From contig JAZDPL010000007.1 in NCBI GenBank assembly GCA_043797665.1, positions 1-41,164 on the forward strand: a stretch of DNA of 41,164 bases, read 5' to 3'. The position numbers and the translations under genes are program-made. Numbering within the stretch: the first letter of the stretch is position 1; each line of letters opens with the position of its first letter. The notes beneath the pieces were generated by a model. It searched no databases. It saw only the letters and a list, made by a program, of their open reading frames with translations, and was not told where the DNA came from. Shown in pieces: positions 17,804 to 26,385 of the stretch. The DNA comes from Candidatus Omnitrophota bacterium (GTDB lineage: Bacteria; Ratteibacteria; UBA8468; MWAK01).

Positions 17804-18985
17804 ATGAATAACCAAAAAGGAATAGCGTTAATCCTGAGTTTAACGGTATTGACCATCAGCCTGGTGATGGCGGCGGGTCTGACCGGTGTAATTGTCAACC
17901 AGGGCCGGGATGAATTGAGAAAGGCAGAGGGTGCGGAACTCTTTGCGGCTGCCGAGGCCGGCATTGAAGAGATGGAGTGGCGGGTTACCAACGGTGTTTC
18001 CGGCTGGACTTCCGGACTTGCCGAGCACTCCATCGGAAACTGTCTGGTTACGGTTACGGTAACCGGACCGGCCGCGGATAACTATTACCAGATAACCGCA
18101 ACCGGACGTTTCTCCGGCGTTAACCCTTTACGGCGGAGTGTGGCTATCCAGGCGATTCCACCGGGATTTCTGGCTATGTCCCAGTATATGTTCTTCGTCA
18201 ACAACGCCCACCTGACCATTGGAACCGGTGCGGAAGTCTGGGGAAATATCCATTCCAACCGCAACATAATGATTTATGGTTCCGGTACCATTTTTCATGA
18301 TGATATTGAAGCGGTTAATAGGATTCTTTACTATAACGGCGCCACCGAAGGAAACACCGTCTATTACGCAGACCATACCGAAGGGGTGGACCCGGTTCCG
18401 ATGCCCGCGGCCACGGAACTGGATGCACTCCGCCCCTATGCGGTCACGGATGGTTATTATATGGATGGGAACCTTACCGTGGAGTTTCTCTCTGACGGCA
18501 CCGTAACACTGAACGGCGGCTCTGCTTTGTCCCTGCCTCCCAACGGCGTCATTTTTGCGGAAGGGGATGTCAATATCTCCGGCACCGTGAAAGGCCAGGT
18601 TACGGTCGTCTCTGCCAGCGGTATGAATGTTACCGACAACCTTAAGTACGAAAGTCTGACTGCGAGCCCGCCCAACATCTTAGGTCTGATTGCGGAAAGA
18701 GATATCTATATTCCCAACAGTGCCCCCAATGACTTAGAGATTGATGCCGCGATGTTGACCCGGACCGGAAAGGCCTGGGCCAGTGTTTCCCAGGCGAAAG
18801 GTACCTTAATCATCCGCGGGTCCGTGGCATCTGACCAGCCGTGTTCCTTTGCCAACACCAATGGGAAAGGTTACACTACCCGAAGGTACTATTATGACGA
18901 GAACCTTCTTACCTATGTGCCGCCGCACTATTTACCGGCGGGTTCGGGTTCCGCATTCAAAGACTGGCGGGATTTGGGCAGATAA
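17804..18985 (+). CDS. PilX-like minor pilin with extended C-terminal domain (set 2)
   Basis: QKG|IALIL, AAEAGIE, G.IHSN, LGLIA, GY..RYYYD..L...PP. Confidence 0.85.
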   Translation: MNNQKGIALILSLTVLTISLVMAAGLTGVIVNQGRDELRKAEGAELFAAAEAGIEEMEWRVTNGVSGWTSGLAEHSIGNCLVTVTVTGPAADNYYQITATGRFSGVNPLRRSVAIQAIPPGFLAMSQYMFFVNNAHLTIGTGAEVWGNIHSNRNIMIYGSGTIFHDDIEAVNRILYYNGATEGNTVYYADHTEGVDPVPMPAATELDALRPYAVTDGYYMDGNLTVEFLSDGTVTLNGGSALSLPPNGVIFAEGDVNISGTVKGQVTVVSASGMNVTDNLKYESLTASPPNILGLIAERDIYIPNSAPNDLEIDAAMLTRTGKAWASVSQAKGTLIIRGSVASDQPCSFANTNGKGYTTRRYYYDENLLTYVPPHYLPAGSGSAFKDWRDLGR

Positions 18986-18994
18986 ATCGTTTAT

Positions 18995-19054
18995 GCGGGT
19001 CGGATGAATCCGACCCCTACACCCCAAATGTAGGGGCTCAATTTATTGAGCCCG
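18995..19054. repeat. Two GTAG-type REP units in tail-to-head (CTAC..GTAG) arrangement
   Basis: GGGTCGGATGAATCCGACCCCTAC-ACCCCAAAT-GTAGGGGCTCAATTTATTGAGCCC. Confidence 0.85.
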
Positions 19055-19060
19055 AAAAGT

Positions 19061-19420
19061 ATGATTATGAGGAAACTATTAAATTTCGTTAAGGAAAAAG
19101 AAAAAGGGAAGCAGCGGTGGGTATTAAGGCTTAATCTGCTCTTCCTTTTTTTGATTGTGGTTATTTTCCTCCTGGTTTATCTTCGGGACAGGCAAGCCTG
19201 GAAAGGGGTAAAGACGGAACCTGCCGCTCCCGGCGGGAAGGAACAGAGTCTTCCGCCGGCTCCTCCAAAGTCAGCCGGAAAGAGACTGCCGTTTCAGTTT
19301 GTGGTTCCGGAGGAACAGAAAGAGAAGGTAGAAAAGATTCCGCCGGCTCCGGAAGGATTTGAGAATTACGAGAGGGAGCGCCGGCAGGAGGAGAAGAACC
19401 CCGGCACCCCGGTAGGATGA
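19061..19420 (+). CDS. Hypothetical single-pass membrane protein, Pro/Glu-rich (start 19061 or 19067)
   Basis: Basic N-terminus, one TM helix (LLFLFLIVVIFLLVYL), located inside the pil operon. Confidence 0.65.
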   Translation: MIMRKLLNFVKEKEKGKQRWVLRLNLLFLFLIVVIFLLVYLRDRQAWKGVKTEPAAPGGKEQSLPPAPPKSAGKRLPFQFVVPEEQKEKVEKIPPAPEGFENYERERRQEEKNPGTPVG

Positions 19421-19425
19421 GGGGA

Positions 19426-19502
19426 GTAGGGGCTTGATCCCTGTCTAATGCATACAGGGACAAGTTTATCAAGCCCGCGGGTCGGATAAATCCGACCCCT
19501 AC
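19426..19502. repeat. GTAG-type REP doublet interrupted by a 27-nt hairpin insertion (19438-19464)
   Basis: GTAGGGGCTTGA[TCCCTGT-CTAATGCAT-ACAGGGA-CAAG]TTTATCAAGCCC..CCCCTAC. Removing the bracket restores the canonical 50-nt doublet. Confidence 0.9.
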
Positions 19503-19546
19503 ATCAAAATATTTGATGCGTTCGTATTATATAAGGGGAATGAAGT

Positions 19547-19990
19547 ATGAGTATAGAAATTTCTGGTCGGGAACGTCTGGGTAACCTTCTGGTTGCCCGG
19601 GGACTTGTTAGCCGGGAACAATTGGAGAAGGGCCTTAAGATTCAGGAGAAGGAATCCCATTTGTTCATCGGAGAAATCCTTCAGGAAATAGCCGGAATAA
19701 CCGAAGACGACGTCGTGGAGACGATTCTTCTCCAGTATAATATGCCTTTTTTGTCGTTAAGCAACTATCACCCGGACCCGGAACTCCTGAAACAGATCAG
19801 CAAAGATTTTGCCCGGAAGAATCATCTCTTCCCTTTGGAGAAGAATGGCGACGTCATTTCCATCGTGACCGTAAACCCTTTTAATAACGGCGCGATTGAA
19901 GAATTAGAAAAACGGTTTAATTGCCGGGTCCGCTGTTTTTTAGGACGTTTGCCGGACATCAGAGAGGCGATTGAGAAGCTTTATGGCTGA
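19547..19990 (+). CDS. Stand-alone MshEN / T2SSE N-terminal domain protein (predicted c-di-GMP receptor)
   Basis: RLGNLLVARGLVSREQLEKGLKIQ matches RLGxxLxxxGxxxxxxLxxxLxxQ, followed by IGEIL and a GSPII_N-like domain. Confidence 0.85.
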   Translation: MSIEISGRERLGNLLVARGLVSREQLEKGLKIQEKESHLFIGEILQEIAGITEDDVVETILLQYNMPFLSLSNYHPDPELLKQISKDFARKNHLFPLEKNGDVISIVTVNPFNNGAIEELEKRFNCRVRCFLGRLPDIREAIEKLYG

Positions 19991-21179
19991 GAAGAAAGCG
20001 ACACAAACAGCATTAGGGGACGACCCCATCATTAAGTTAACCGAAGTCATCCTGATCGAAGGGGTTCGCCGGAAAGCCAGTGATATCCTGATTGAACCGC
20101 TGGAAAAGAATATGCGCGTTCGTTATCGGGTGGACGGTTTCCTACAGCATGGTTTTGAATTTCCCCGCTCCTTTCTCTCCAGTTTATTGGTCCGGATAAA
20201 GGTGGTCTCCAAACTGAACATTTCCGAAAGACGCCTTCCCCAGGACGGCAGATTCAAATTAAGGGTGGGGGATAAATTAGTCGATTTCCGGGTGGCGGTT
20301 GTTCCTTCTATCTTTGGTGAAAAGGTCACCTTGCGTATCCTGGATAAGGCTAACCTGGTGTTGGAACTGAGTAAATTGGGTTTTACCGAAGAATCGGGCC
20401 ATCAGTTACAGGAAGCGGCCCGGCGACCCCACGGAATGATACTGATCTGCGGGCCCACCGGTTGCGGAAAGACAACTACACTTTATTCTCTTCTTCACAT
20501 GGTGGACCGGCCCACCGTCAACATTACCACAACCGAAGACCCGGTGGAGTACGAAATCCCCGGGATTAACCAGATTGCCATCAATCCGGGAATCGGTCTT
20601 ACCTTTGCCGCCTGTCTTCGTTCCATCCTGCGTCAGGACCCGGATATCATCATGGTGGGTGAAATACGTGATGAAGAGACCCTGGATATTGCAATTAAAG
20701 CCGCGCTGACCGGACACCTGGTTCTGTCCAGTTTCCACTCTATGGATGCGCCGGGCGCCATCACCAGGCTGATTAACATGAAGGCAGAGCCTTTCCTGCT
20801 CACCAGTTGTATCGTTCTGGTAGCGGCCCAGCGGCTGCTCCGGCGCCTCTGTCCGGCCTGCCGGCAATCTTACCAACCGGATGCGGCACTCTGTGACAGG
20901 TTGAAGGTTGAAAAGCCCGGGCTTACTTTCTACCGGCCGACCGGTTGTTCCGCCTGTGGTCAAACCGGGTATTCCGGGAGGTTGGGGATAATAGAAATTC
21001 TGCCTTTTTCCCCGGAGGTGAAGGAATTAATTTTGACCCATGCGTCTGAGGCTCATCTGCGTAAGAAGATGAGGGAAATGAAGAATAAAACTTTATGGCA
21101 ATGCGGGGTGGAAAAGGTGCTGGTGGGTGAGGTCTCGGTAGAGGAACTTTTAAGGGTGGTTACGGAAGATGAAGAATAA
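19983..21179 (+). CDS. pilB: PilB/GspE-family ATPase 1, lacking the N-terminal domain
   Basis: ASDILIEP, LPQDGR, Walker A GPTGCGKTTT, EDPVEY, LRQDPDIIMVGEIRD, tetra-Cys CPAC/CSAC. Confidence 0.9.
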   Translation: MAEKKATQTALGDDPIIKLTEVILIEGVRRKASDILIEPLEKNMRVRYRVDGFLQHGFEFPRSFLSSLLVRIKVVSKLNISERRLPQDGRFKLRVGDKLVDFRVAVVPSIFGEKVTLRILDKANLVLELSKLGFTEESGHQLQEAARRPHGMILICGPTGCGKTTTLYSLLHMVDRPTVNITTTEDPVEYEIPGINQIAINPGIGLTFAACLRSILRQDPDIIMVGEIRDEETLDIAIKAALTGHLVLSSFHSMDAPGAITRLINMKAEPFLLTSCIVLVAAQRLLRRLCPACRQSYQPDAALCDRLKVEKPGLTFYRPTGCSACGQTGYSGRLGIIEILPFSPEVKELILTHASEAHLRKKMREMKNKTLWQCGVEKVLVGEVSVEELLRVVTEDEE

Positions 21180-22920
21180 AGAGTTAGGGTTTCCCGAAGT
21201 TCAACTGTCCCGGTTGAATCCGGAGCCCCGGGCTATTTCCCTGATTCCCGAGGATATCGCCAGGAAGTACAACGTCGTCCCTATTTCCGTAATCGGAAAA
21301 ATTCTGACCATCGCCACCGGAGAGCCGGCTGACGTGCTCGTTTTTGACGATTTGAAATCCATTACCGGTTACCAGATTCGTATCTGTCTGGCTGAACGGA
21401 ATGAGGTTACGGAAACGATTGAAAAATGGTACCGGAAGGAAGCGGAGGCATTCTCCAAAATTTTGGAGGGAGCCGGAGAAGAAAAGCCCCTTGAGATATT
21501 GCAGGAAGAACAGGAAAAGGAAGAGGAGGCGCTGTTAGCCCAAATCCTTTCGGATCCGGATAAAGGAATTTCGATTGATACTACCTGGCAGGAACCGAAG
21601 GAAGAATCTACTGTCACTGACGAAGAGACCCAGGACAGAACCTACATCAAGGGCCTGATTGACCAGGCATCCCAGGAGCGGGTGGAAGTCTTCGTCGGCG
21701 GAGAGGTGATGACCGAGGAGGTCGGACCGGAAAACCTGGCCGCACAGGCAGACCAGGCTCCCATCGTGAGGTTAGTTGACCATATCCTTCTGGATGGTTA
21801 CCTGAAAAGAGCCAGCGACATCCATCTGGAGCCTTACGAAAAGAGGTTCCGGCTCCGTCACCGGATTGACGGTATTTTATACGAAGAGTTTAACATACCT
21901 CTTCATTTAGTTCAGGCTCTGATTGCCCGTCTAAAGATTATTTCCAACCTTAACATCACCGAAAAGAGGTTGCCCCAGGACGGAAGGTTCAAGATGAACA
22001 TTGAAAAGAAGGCGATTGACTACCGGGTGAGTATTCTGCCCATCAGTTTTGGCGAAAAAGTGGTTATGCGGGCACTGGACAGTTCCACCATTAAGCTGAA
22101 ATTGTCCGATTTGGGTTTTTCACTCCAGGCGATGGAAACGATGGAGAGGATGATTCGCCGGCCCTACGGGATGATTCTGGTTACCGGGCCCACCGGCAGC
22201 GGTAAATCAACCACTTTGAGCGCGGTTATTAATGACCTGAATACGCCGGAACGCAACATTATGACCATTGAGGACCCGGTTGAGTATCAGATTCCCGGGA
22301 TAACCCAGATTCCGGTGAACCCCAACATAGGTTTCACCTTTGCGGATGGTCTGCGAAGTCTTTTACGCCAGAGTCCGGATATAATTATGGTCGGTGAAAT
22401 CAGGGATTTTGAAACCGCAGACATTGCGGTGAAAGCGGCTCTTACCGGACAGTTGGTCTTGAGTACTTTACATACCAACGATGCGGCCAGTGCGATTAAC
22501 CGCTTAGTGGATATGGGCGTAGAGCCATTTTTGGTCTCTTCTTCCGTAATTATGATTTTAGCCCAGCGTCTGGTACGGAAGATCTGCCGGTTCTGCCGGG
22601 CCGAGGTGGAGATTCCTGCGGCAGTCCTTGCTAATCTGGGGATAGAACCAGCCTCTTCCGGGAACCGCCATGTTTTTTACGCCGGGAAAGGCTGCGAGAA
22701 ATGCCGCCAGACCGGTTACCACGGAAGGGTGGCTATCGGTGAGGTCCTGGTGATGGATGAGGAACTTAAGGAACTGGCCGGCCGGAGTGTTTCTACCGAT
22801 GAGATTAACAAAATGGCGATTGCCAAGGGTATGTCTACCCTGCGGGAGAGCGCAATTAATAATTTGAAAGAAGGGATTACCACCGTGGAAGAGATAATCC
22901 GGGTAACCTCTGAGGAGTAG
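21169..22920 (+). CDS. pilB: PilB/GspE-family ATPase 2 with GSPII_N domain and acidic linker
   Basis: ASDIHLEP, LPQDGR, GPTGSGKSTT, EDPVEY, GEIRD, STLHTNDA, CRFC/CEKC. Confidence 0.92.
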   Translation: MKNKELGFPEVQLSRLNPEPRAISLIPEDIARKYNVVPISVIGKILTIATGEPADVLVFDDLKSITGYQIRICLAERNEVTETIEKWYRKEAEAFSKILEGAGEEKPLEILQEEQEKEEEALLAQILSDPDKGISIDTTWQEPKEESTVTDEETQDRTYIKGLIDQASQERVEVFVGGEVMTEEVGPENLAAQADQAPIVRLVDHILLDGYLKRASDIHLEPYEKRFRLRHRIDGILYEEFNIPLHLVQALIARLKIISNLNITEKRLPQDGRFKMNIEKKAIDYRVSILPISFGEKVVMRALDSSTIKLKLSDLGFSLQAMETMERMIRRPYGMILVTGPTGSGKSTTLSAVINDLNTPERNIMTIEDPVEYQIPGITQIPVNPNIGFTFADGLRSLLRQSPDIIMVGEIRDFETADIAVKAALTGQLVLSTLHTNDAASAINRLVDMGVEPFLVSSSVIMILAQRLVRKICRFCRAEVEIPAAVLANLGIEPASSGNRHVFYAGKGCEKCRQTGYHGRVAIGEVLVMDEELKELAGRSVSTDEINKMAIAKGMSTLRESAINNLKEGITTVEEIIRVTSEE

Positions 22921-23991
22921 ATGATGAAACCTTTGAAAAAGAAGTCTGCGGGCGGTCGGATTAAATTAGATGAGATATCCGCTTTTTCCCGTCAGTTGGC
23001 GACGATGGTCCGGGCCGGACTTCCGATATATCAGATTCTGGGTATCCTTTCCCAGCAGACCGAGAGCAAGAACTTTCAGAAGGTTATTGCCCAGATGCAG
23101 GAACACATTGGCGCGGGCAACAGTCTTTCCGAGGCGATGCAGAGACATCCGCAGATATTTGCCGGCCTTTACACCAGTATGGTAAAAGCCGGAGAAGCCA
23201 GCGGCGCCCTGGACGAAATCCTCAACCGTCTATCCGATTATCTGGAATCCAGCAGCAAATTACAGAAGAAGATTAAATCTTCCATGATGTATCCCTTGGC
23301 AATTGTAATTATGGCGGCCATAATCACCGCCTTTCTCCTTCTGAAGGTGGTGCCTACCTTTAAGGGAATCTTTGAGAGTCTGGGCGGGAAACTGCCTCTT
23401 CCCACCATAATCCTTTTGAAGATAAGTGACCTCTTCCGGCACTACTTCCTTTTTGTTGTAGGGGCGCTTTTTGCGTTAGGGTACCTGTTTAAAATGTACC
23501 GGAAGACCGCCCGGGGTAAATTTCAGATAGATAAACTGACCTTTCGCCTGCCGATCATTGGTAAGTTGGTTAAGAAAATTGTGGTGGCAAGATTTTGCCG
23601 GACTTTTGCCACCCTGATTAAAAGCGGAGTCCCCATCCTTACCAGTATGGAAATCGTGGCTGCGACTTCGGGCAACCGGGTGATGGAATTAGCGGTTATC
23701 CACGCCAGCCACAGCATCCGGGATGGCCAGTCAATCGCGGAACCGCTTGCCCAGGCCGGCATCTTTCCCCTGATGGTAACCAAGATGATTTCGGTTGGCG
23801 AGGAAGTGGGTACTCTGGACGAAATGCTGAGTAAAGTGGCTGATTTTTATGAATCCGAGGTAGACGCCGCGGTCAGCGGTTTGACCAGCCTGATTGAACC
23901 CCTGATAATGGTCTTTCTGGGCGTGGTCATCGGCGGAATTGCCCTGGCAATATTTTTACCCATCTTCAAAATCACCGAACTGGTTAAGTAA
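22921..23991 (+). CDS. pilC: Type IV pilus platform protein PilC/GspF
   Basis: FSRQLATMVRAGLP, GEASGAL, MYP, EP.IMVFLG....IALAIFLPIF. Confidence 0.95.
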   Translation: MMKPLKKKSAGGRIKLDEISAFSRQLATMVRAGLPIYQILGILSQQTESKNFQKVIAQMQEHIGAGNSLSEAMQRHPQIFAGLYTSMVKAGEASGALDEILNRLSDYLESSSKLQKKIKSSMMYPLAIVIMAAIITAFLLLKVVPTFKGIFESLGGKLPLPTIILLKISDLFRHYFLFVVGALFALGYLFKMYRKTARGKFQIDKLTFRLPIIGKLVKKIVVARFCRTFATLIKSGVPILTSMEIVAATSGNRVMELAVIHASHSIRDGQSIAEPLAQAGIFPLMVTKMISVGEEVGTLDEMLSKVADFYESEVDAAVSGLTSLIEPLIMVFLGVVIGGIALAIFLPIFKITELVK

Positions 23992-24007
23992 CTCCCACCC
24001 GGGGGAT

Positions 24008-24037
24008 TTGACAGGAGACAAAGGGGTAAGGTATAAT
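24008..24037 (+). promoter_or_regulatory. Consensus sigma70 promoter of pilA
   Basis: TTGACA (24008-24013), 18-nt spacer, TATAAT (24032-24037). Confidence 0.8.
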
Positions 24038-24047
24038 CTATTTTGAC

Positions 24048-24102
24048 GTAGGGGTCGGATTCATCCGACCCGAATAGCGGGCTTGATAAATCAAGCCCCT
24101 AC
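24048..24102. repeat. GTAG-type REP doublet in the pilA 5' UTR
   Basis: GTAGGGGTCGGATTCATCCGACCCG-AATAG-CGGGCTTGATAAATCAAGCCCCTAC. Confidence 0.9.
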
Positions 24103-24124
24103 GATCGGAAGGGGGTGAAATAAG

Positions 24125-24568
24125 ATGAAACTTAATAAAAAGGGTTTTACGCTGGTTGAGATTATGATTGTGGTGGCCATCATTGCGCTTCTGGCTGCAG
24201 TCGCTATTCCTAACCTTCTCCGGGCAAGATTGAACGCCAATGAAGGAGCCGCGATCGGTAATATGCACACGACAGTTACTGCGATGGGAAGTTTCCAGGC
24301 TAACCAGTCACCGCCAACCTATCCGGCTACTCTGGCTGCTCTGGGTACTGCCACTCCGCCCTACATCGATACGGTCTTATCCGGTGGTACGAAGCAGGGG
24401 TACACCTTTGCTTATACTCCGGCAGCCGCTGATGCGCGGGGTTGCGTCAACGATTACGCCCTAACGGCGACTCCTGTCGTTGTGGGAACAACCGGAAACC
24501 GCACCTTCTTTGCGGATGCGAGCGGGGTGATTCGGCTTACTAATCTGGCTGGAACACCGATCGAATAA
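24125..24568 (+). CDS. pilA: Major type IVa pilin
   Basis: KKG|FTLVEIMIVVAIIALLAAVAIP; has its own strong promoter, RBS GGGGGTG and terminator. Confidence 0.9.
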   Translation: MKLNKKGFTLVEIMIVVAIIALLAAVAIPNLLRARLNANEGAAIGNMHTTVTAMGSFQANQSPPTYPATLAALGTATPPYIDTVLSGGTKQGYTFAYTPAAADARGCVNDYALTATPVVVGTTGNRTFFADASGVIRLTNLAGTPIE

Positions 24569-24599
24569 AAACTGTTAGTTGCAGGCTTTAGCTGTTCTG

Positions 24600-24659
24600 T
24601 GTCATTCTGAGGCTAAGCCGAAGAATCCATTTAGATTCTTCACTTTGTTCAGAATGACA
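24600..24659. repeat. TGTCATTCTGAG-type palindromic doublet
   Basis: Same family as 10255-10317. Confidence 0.85.
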
Positions 24660-24675
24660 GACGTGTGAATTTTAA

Positions 24676-24720
24676 TAAAAAAAAGGAGCGAGACTTTTTT
24701 TCTTTCGCTCCTTTTTTTTA
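24676..24720. terminator. Bidirectional intrinsic terminator between pilA and pilQ
   Basis: TAAAAAAAAGGAGCGAGA..TTTCGCTCCTTTTTTTTA stem flanked by A8/T8 tracts. Confidence 0.85.
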
Positions 24721-24761
24721 TTGGTGGTCGGAACAATGTAAAATATTCAGTCAACCACGTA

Positions 24762-24837
24762 TGTCATTCCCGCATGCATAAAGCGGGAATCTCGTATTTA
24801 ACGACTGGATTCCGGCTACAAGCATGCCGGAATGACA
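24762..24837. repeat. TGTCATTCC-type (RPE4-like) palindromic doublet
   Basis: TGTCATTCCCGC-ATGCATAAA-GCGGGAATC..TGGATTCCGGC-TACAAGCAT-GCCGGAATGACA. Confidence 0.85.
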
Positions 24838-24843
24838 CGGTAT

Positions 24844-26352
24844 TCACTTCGTATTTACCCCGCCCGCATCTGTCATTTCTTTAGTAGTAGTTGGGGCGCT
24901 GATTTCCGACCAGTTGCTGATAATGTGCGGGGTGATGAAGAAGACCAGTTCCCGGGTCTCTTCTGGTCCCCTCTTTTCCGTCCCGAATATCCATTTCAGA
25001 ATGGGGATATTTCTCAGACCGGGTATACCCGAGGCGGTAAAGGGTTTATTCTCTTTGATTAAACCCGCGATAACTACCGTCTGTCCGTTCTTGAGCATCG
25101 CGGTGGTATCAGCCCGGGATTCGGTTTCAATCGGATAGTTATTCATATCATACCCGGAAACATCGCTTACCTTGGCGAAAATCTTGAGGCTGATATTTTC
25201 GTTGTCATTGATGGTGGGCGTTACGGTGAGCGTTACCCCGGCGGTTATCTTTTCGGTTGACTGGGTGGTGGTACCGCCGCTTACCAGGGTGATGGGAACG
25301 CGGAACGTTTTACCCACGTAGATTTCAGCGGCTGAGTTGTTTTTGGTGGCGATTTTGGGTTTTGACAGGATATGGGTATCGGTTTTACTTTCCAAAAAGT
25401 TAAGCGCGCCCAGGAATTGTCTTTCACCTAAGTAGCCGATGGTCATGGTTCCGCCGGTATCGCTGGTATTGGAATTACTCCAGTCTCCGTCAACACTCCA
25501 GTCTCCATCGACCGGACCGGCCAGGAGAAAACTGCTGAAGTCCCAGTTGATGCCGGTTTCCTTCATATATTCACTGCTGGTCTCCAGGACGCAGGCTTCA
25601 ATCATTATCTGGGTGGGAACCACGTCCAGTTTTGCTACCAGTTTCTTTATTTCCGAAACCTGGGATTTTGGTGCGGTGACCACCAGGCTGTTGGTGTCAA
25701 GGTTACTTTCCAGGCTTCCTTCTTTACCAACCAGATTCTTAAGGACTTCTGACTTTTTCAGGTCATCCGCTTTGGCAAATGCCAGCGGAATGACCGCGGT
25801 TTCCAACTGCGGGGTAGTAGAAGCCACATCCAGCCTGGCAACCAGGTTCTTTATTTCCGCAATCCGGGATTTCGGTGCGATGACCATAAGGCTGTTGGTT
25901 TCAAGATTGCTGGCAATCTTTCCCTCTTCGCCCACCAATTTCTTAAAGACTTCCGAGTCTTTCAGGGCATCCGCTTTGGCAAACGCCAGGGGAATGACTA
26001 TGGTCTCCAGCCCTTCTTTCATCACCCGAATCACCCGGTTTTTCGTCGAGTAGGTATAAACGTAACCCTGGGAATCAAGGATAAGACGCAGGGCTTCTTC
26101 CCACGGCACCTGGTCTAATTTCGCGGTAACCGGTCGGTTCTCCACTTCCGGGCCCCAGATGATATTGACCCCGGCCATCTGGCTGATTCCTTTTAAGACT
26201 TCCACAAGGGGCGCACCCTGAAGGTTGAGAGAAACCAGGGTGGAAGCCTGCCCTAAGCCATAAAGCCGGGAAGAGGGTAGAGAAAAGAAAAAGAGGATAA
26301 TACCCGCCGAAATCAACCCTGGCAACCATAATTTTTTTTGTCGAATAGACAT
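24844..26352 (-). CDS. pilQ: Secretin PilQ/GspD
   Basis: Signal peptide, STN-like domain, two Secretin_N repeats, QIMIEA, LSKPKIAT.NN, GVTLTVTP, GIPGLRNIPILKWIFG, ELVFFITPHII. Confidence 0.92.
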   Translation of the reverse strand: MSIRQKKLWLPGLISAGIILFFFSLPSSRLYGLGQASTLVSLNLQGAPLVEVLKGISQMAGVNIIWGPEVENRPVTAKLDQVPWEEALRLILDSQGYVYTYSTKNRVIRVMKEGLETIVIPLAFAKADALKDSEVFKKLVGEEGKIASNLETNSLMVIAPKSRIAEIKNLVARLDVASTTPQLETAVIPLAFAKADDLKKSEVLKNLVGKEGSLESNLDTNSLVVTAPKSQVSEIKKLVAKLDVVPTQIMIEACVLETSSEYMKETGINWDFSSFLLAGPVDGDWSVDGDWSNSNTSDTGGTMTIGYLGERQFLGALNFLESKTDTHILSKPKIATKNNSAAEIYVGKTFRVPITLVSGGTTTQSTEKITAGVTLTVTPTINDNENISLKIFAKVSDVSGYDMNNYPIETESRADTTAMLKNGQTVVIAGLIKENKPFTASGIPGLRNIPILKWIFGTEKRGPEETRELVFFITPHIISNWSEISAPTTTKEMTDAGGVNTK

Positions 26353-26385
26353 TTCAACCTCCCTGGATTATCTGCCGTTTTTTTT

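Noticed and set aside
14489..18985. Pilin shufflon, silent-cassette antigenic variation or DGR
   Set aside because: No recombinase or reverse transcriptase is present, no near-identical template/variable repeats exist between the sets, and all six genes have intact N-termini.
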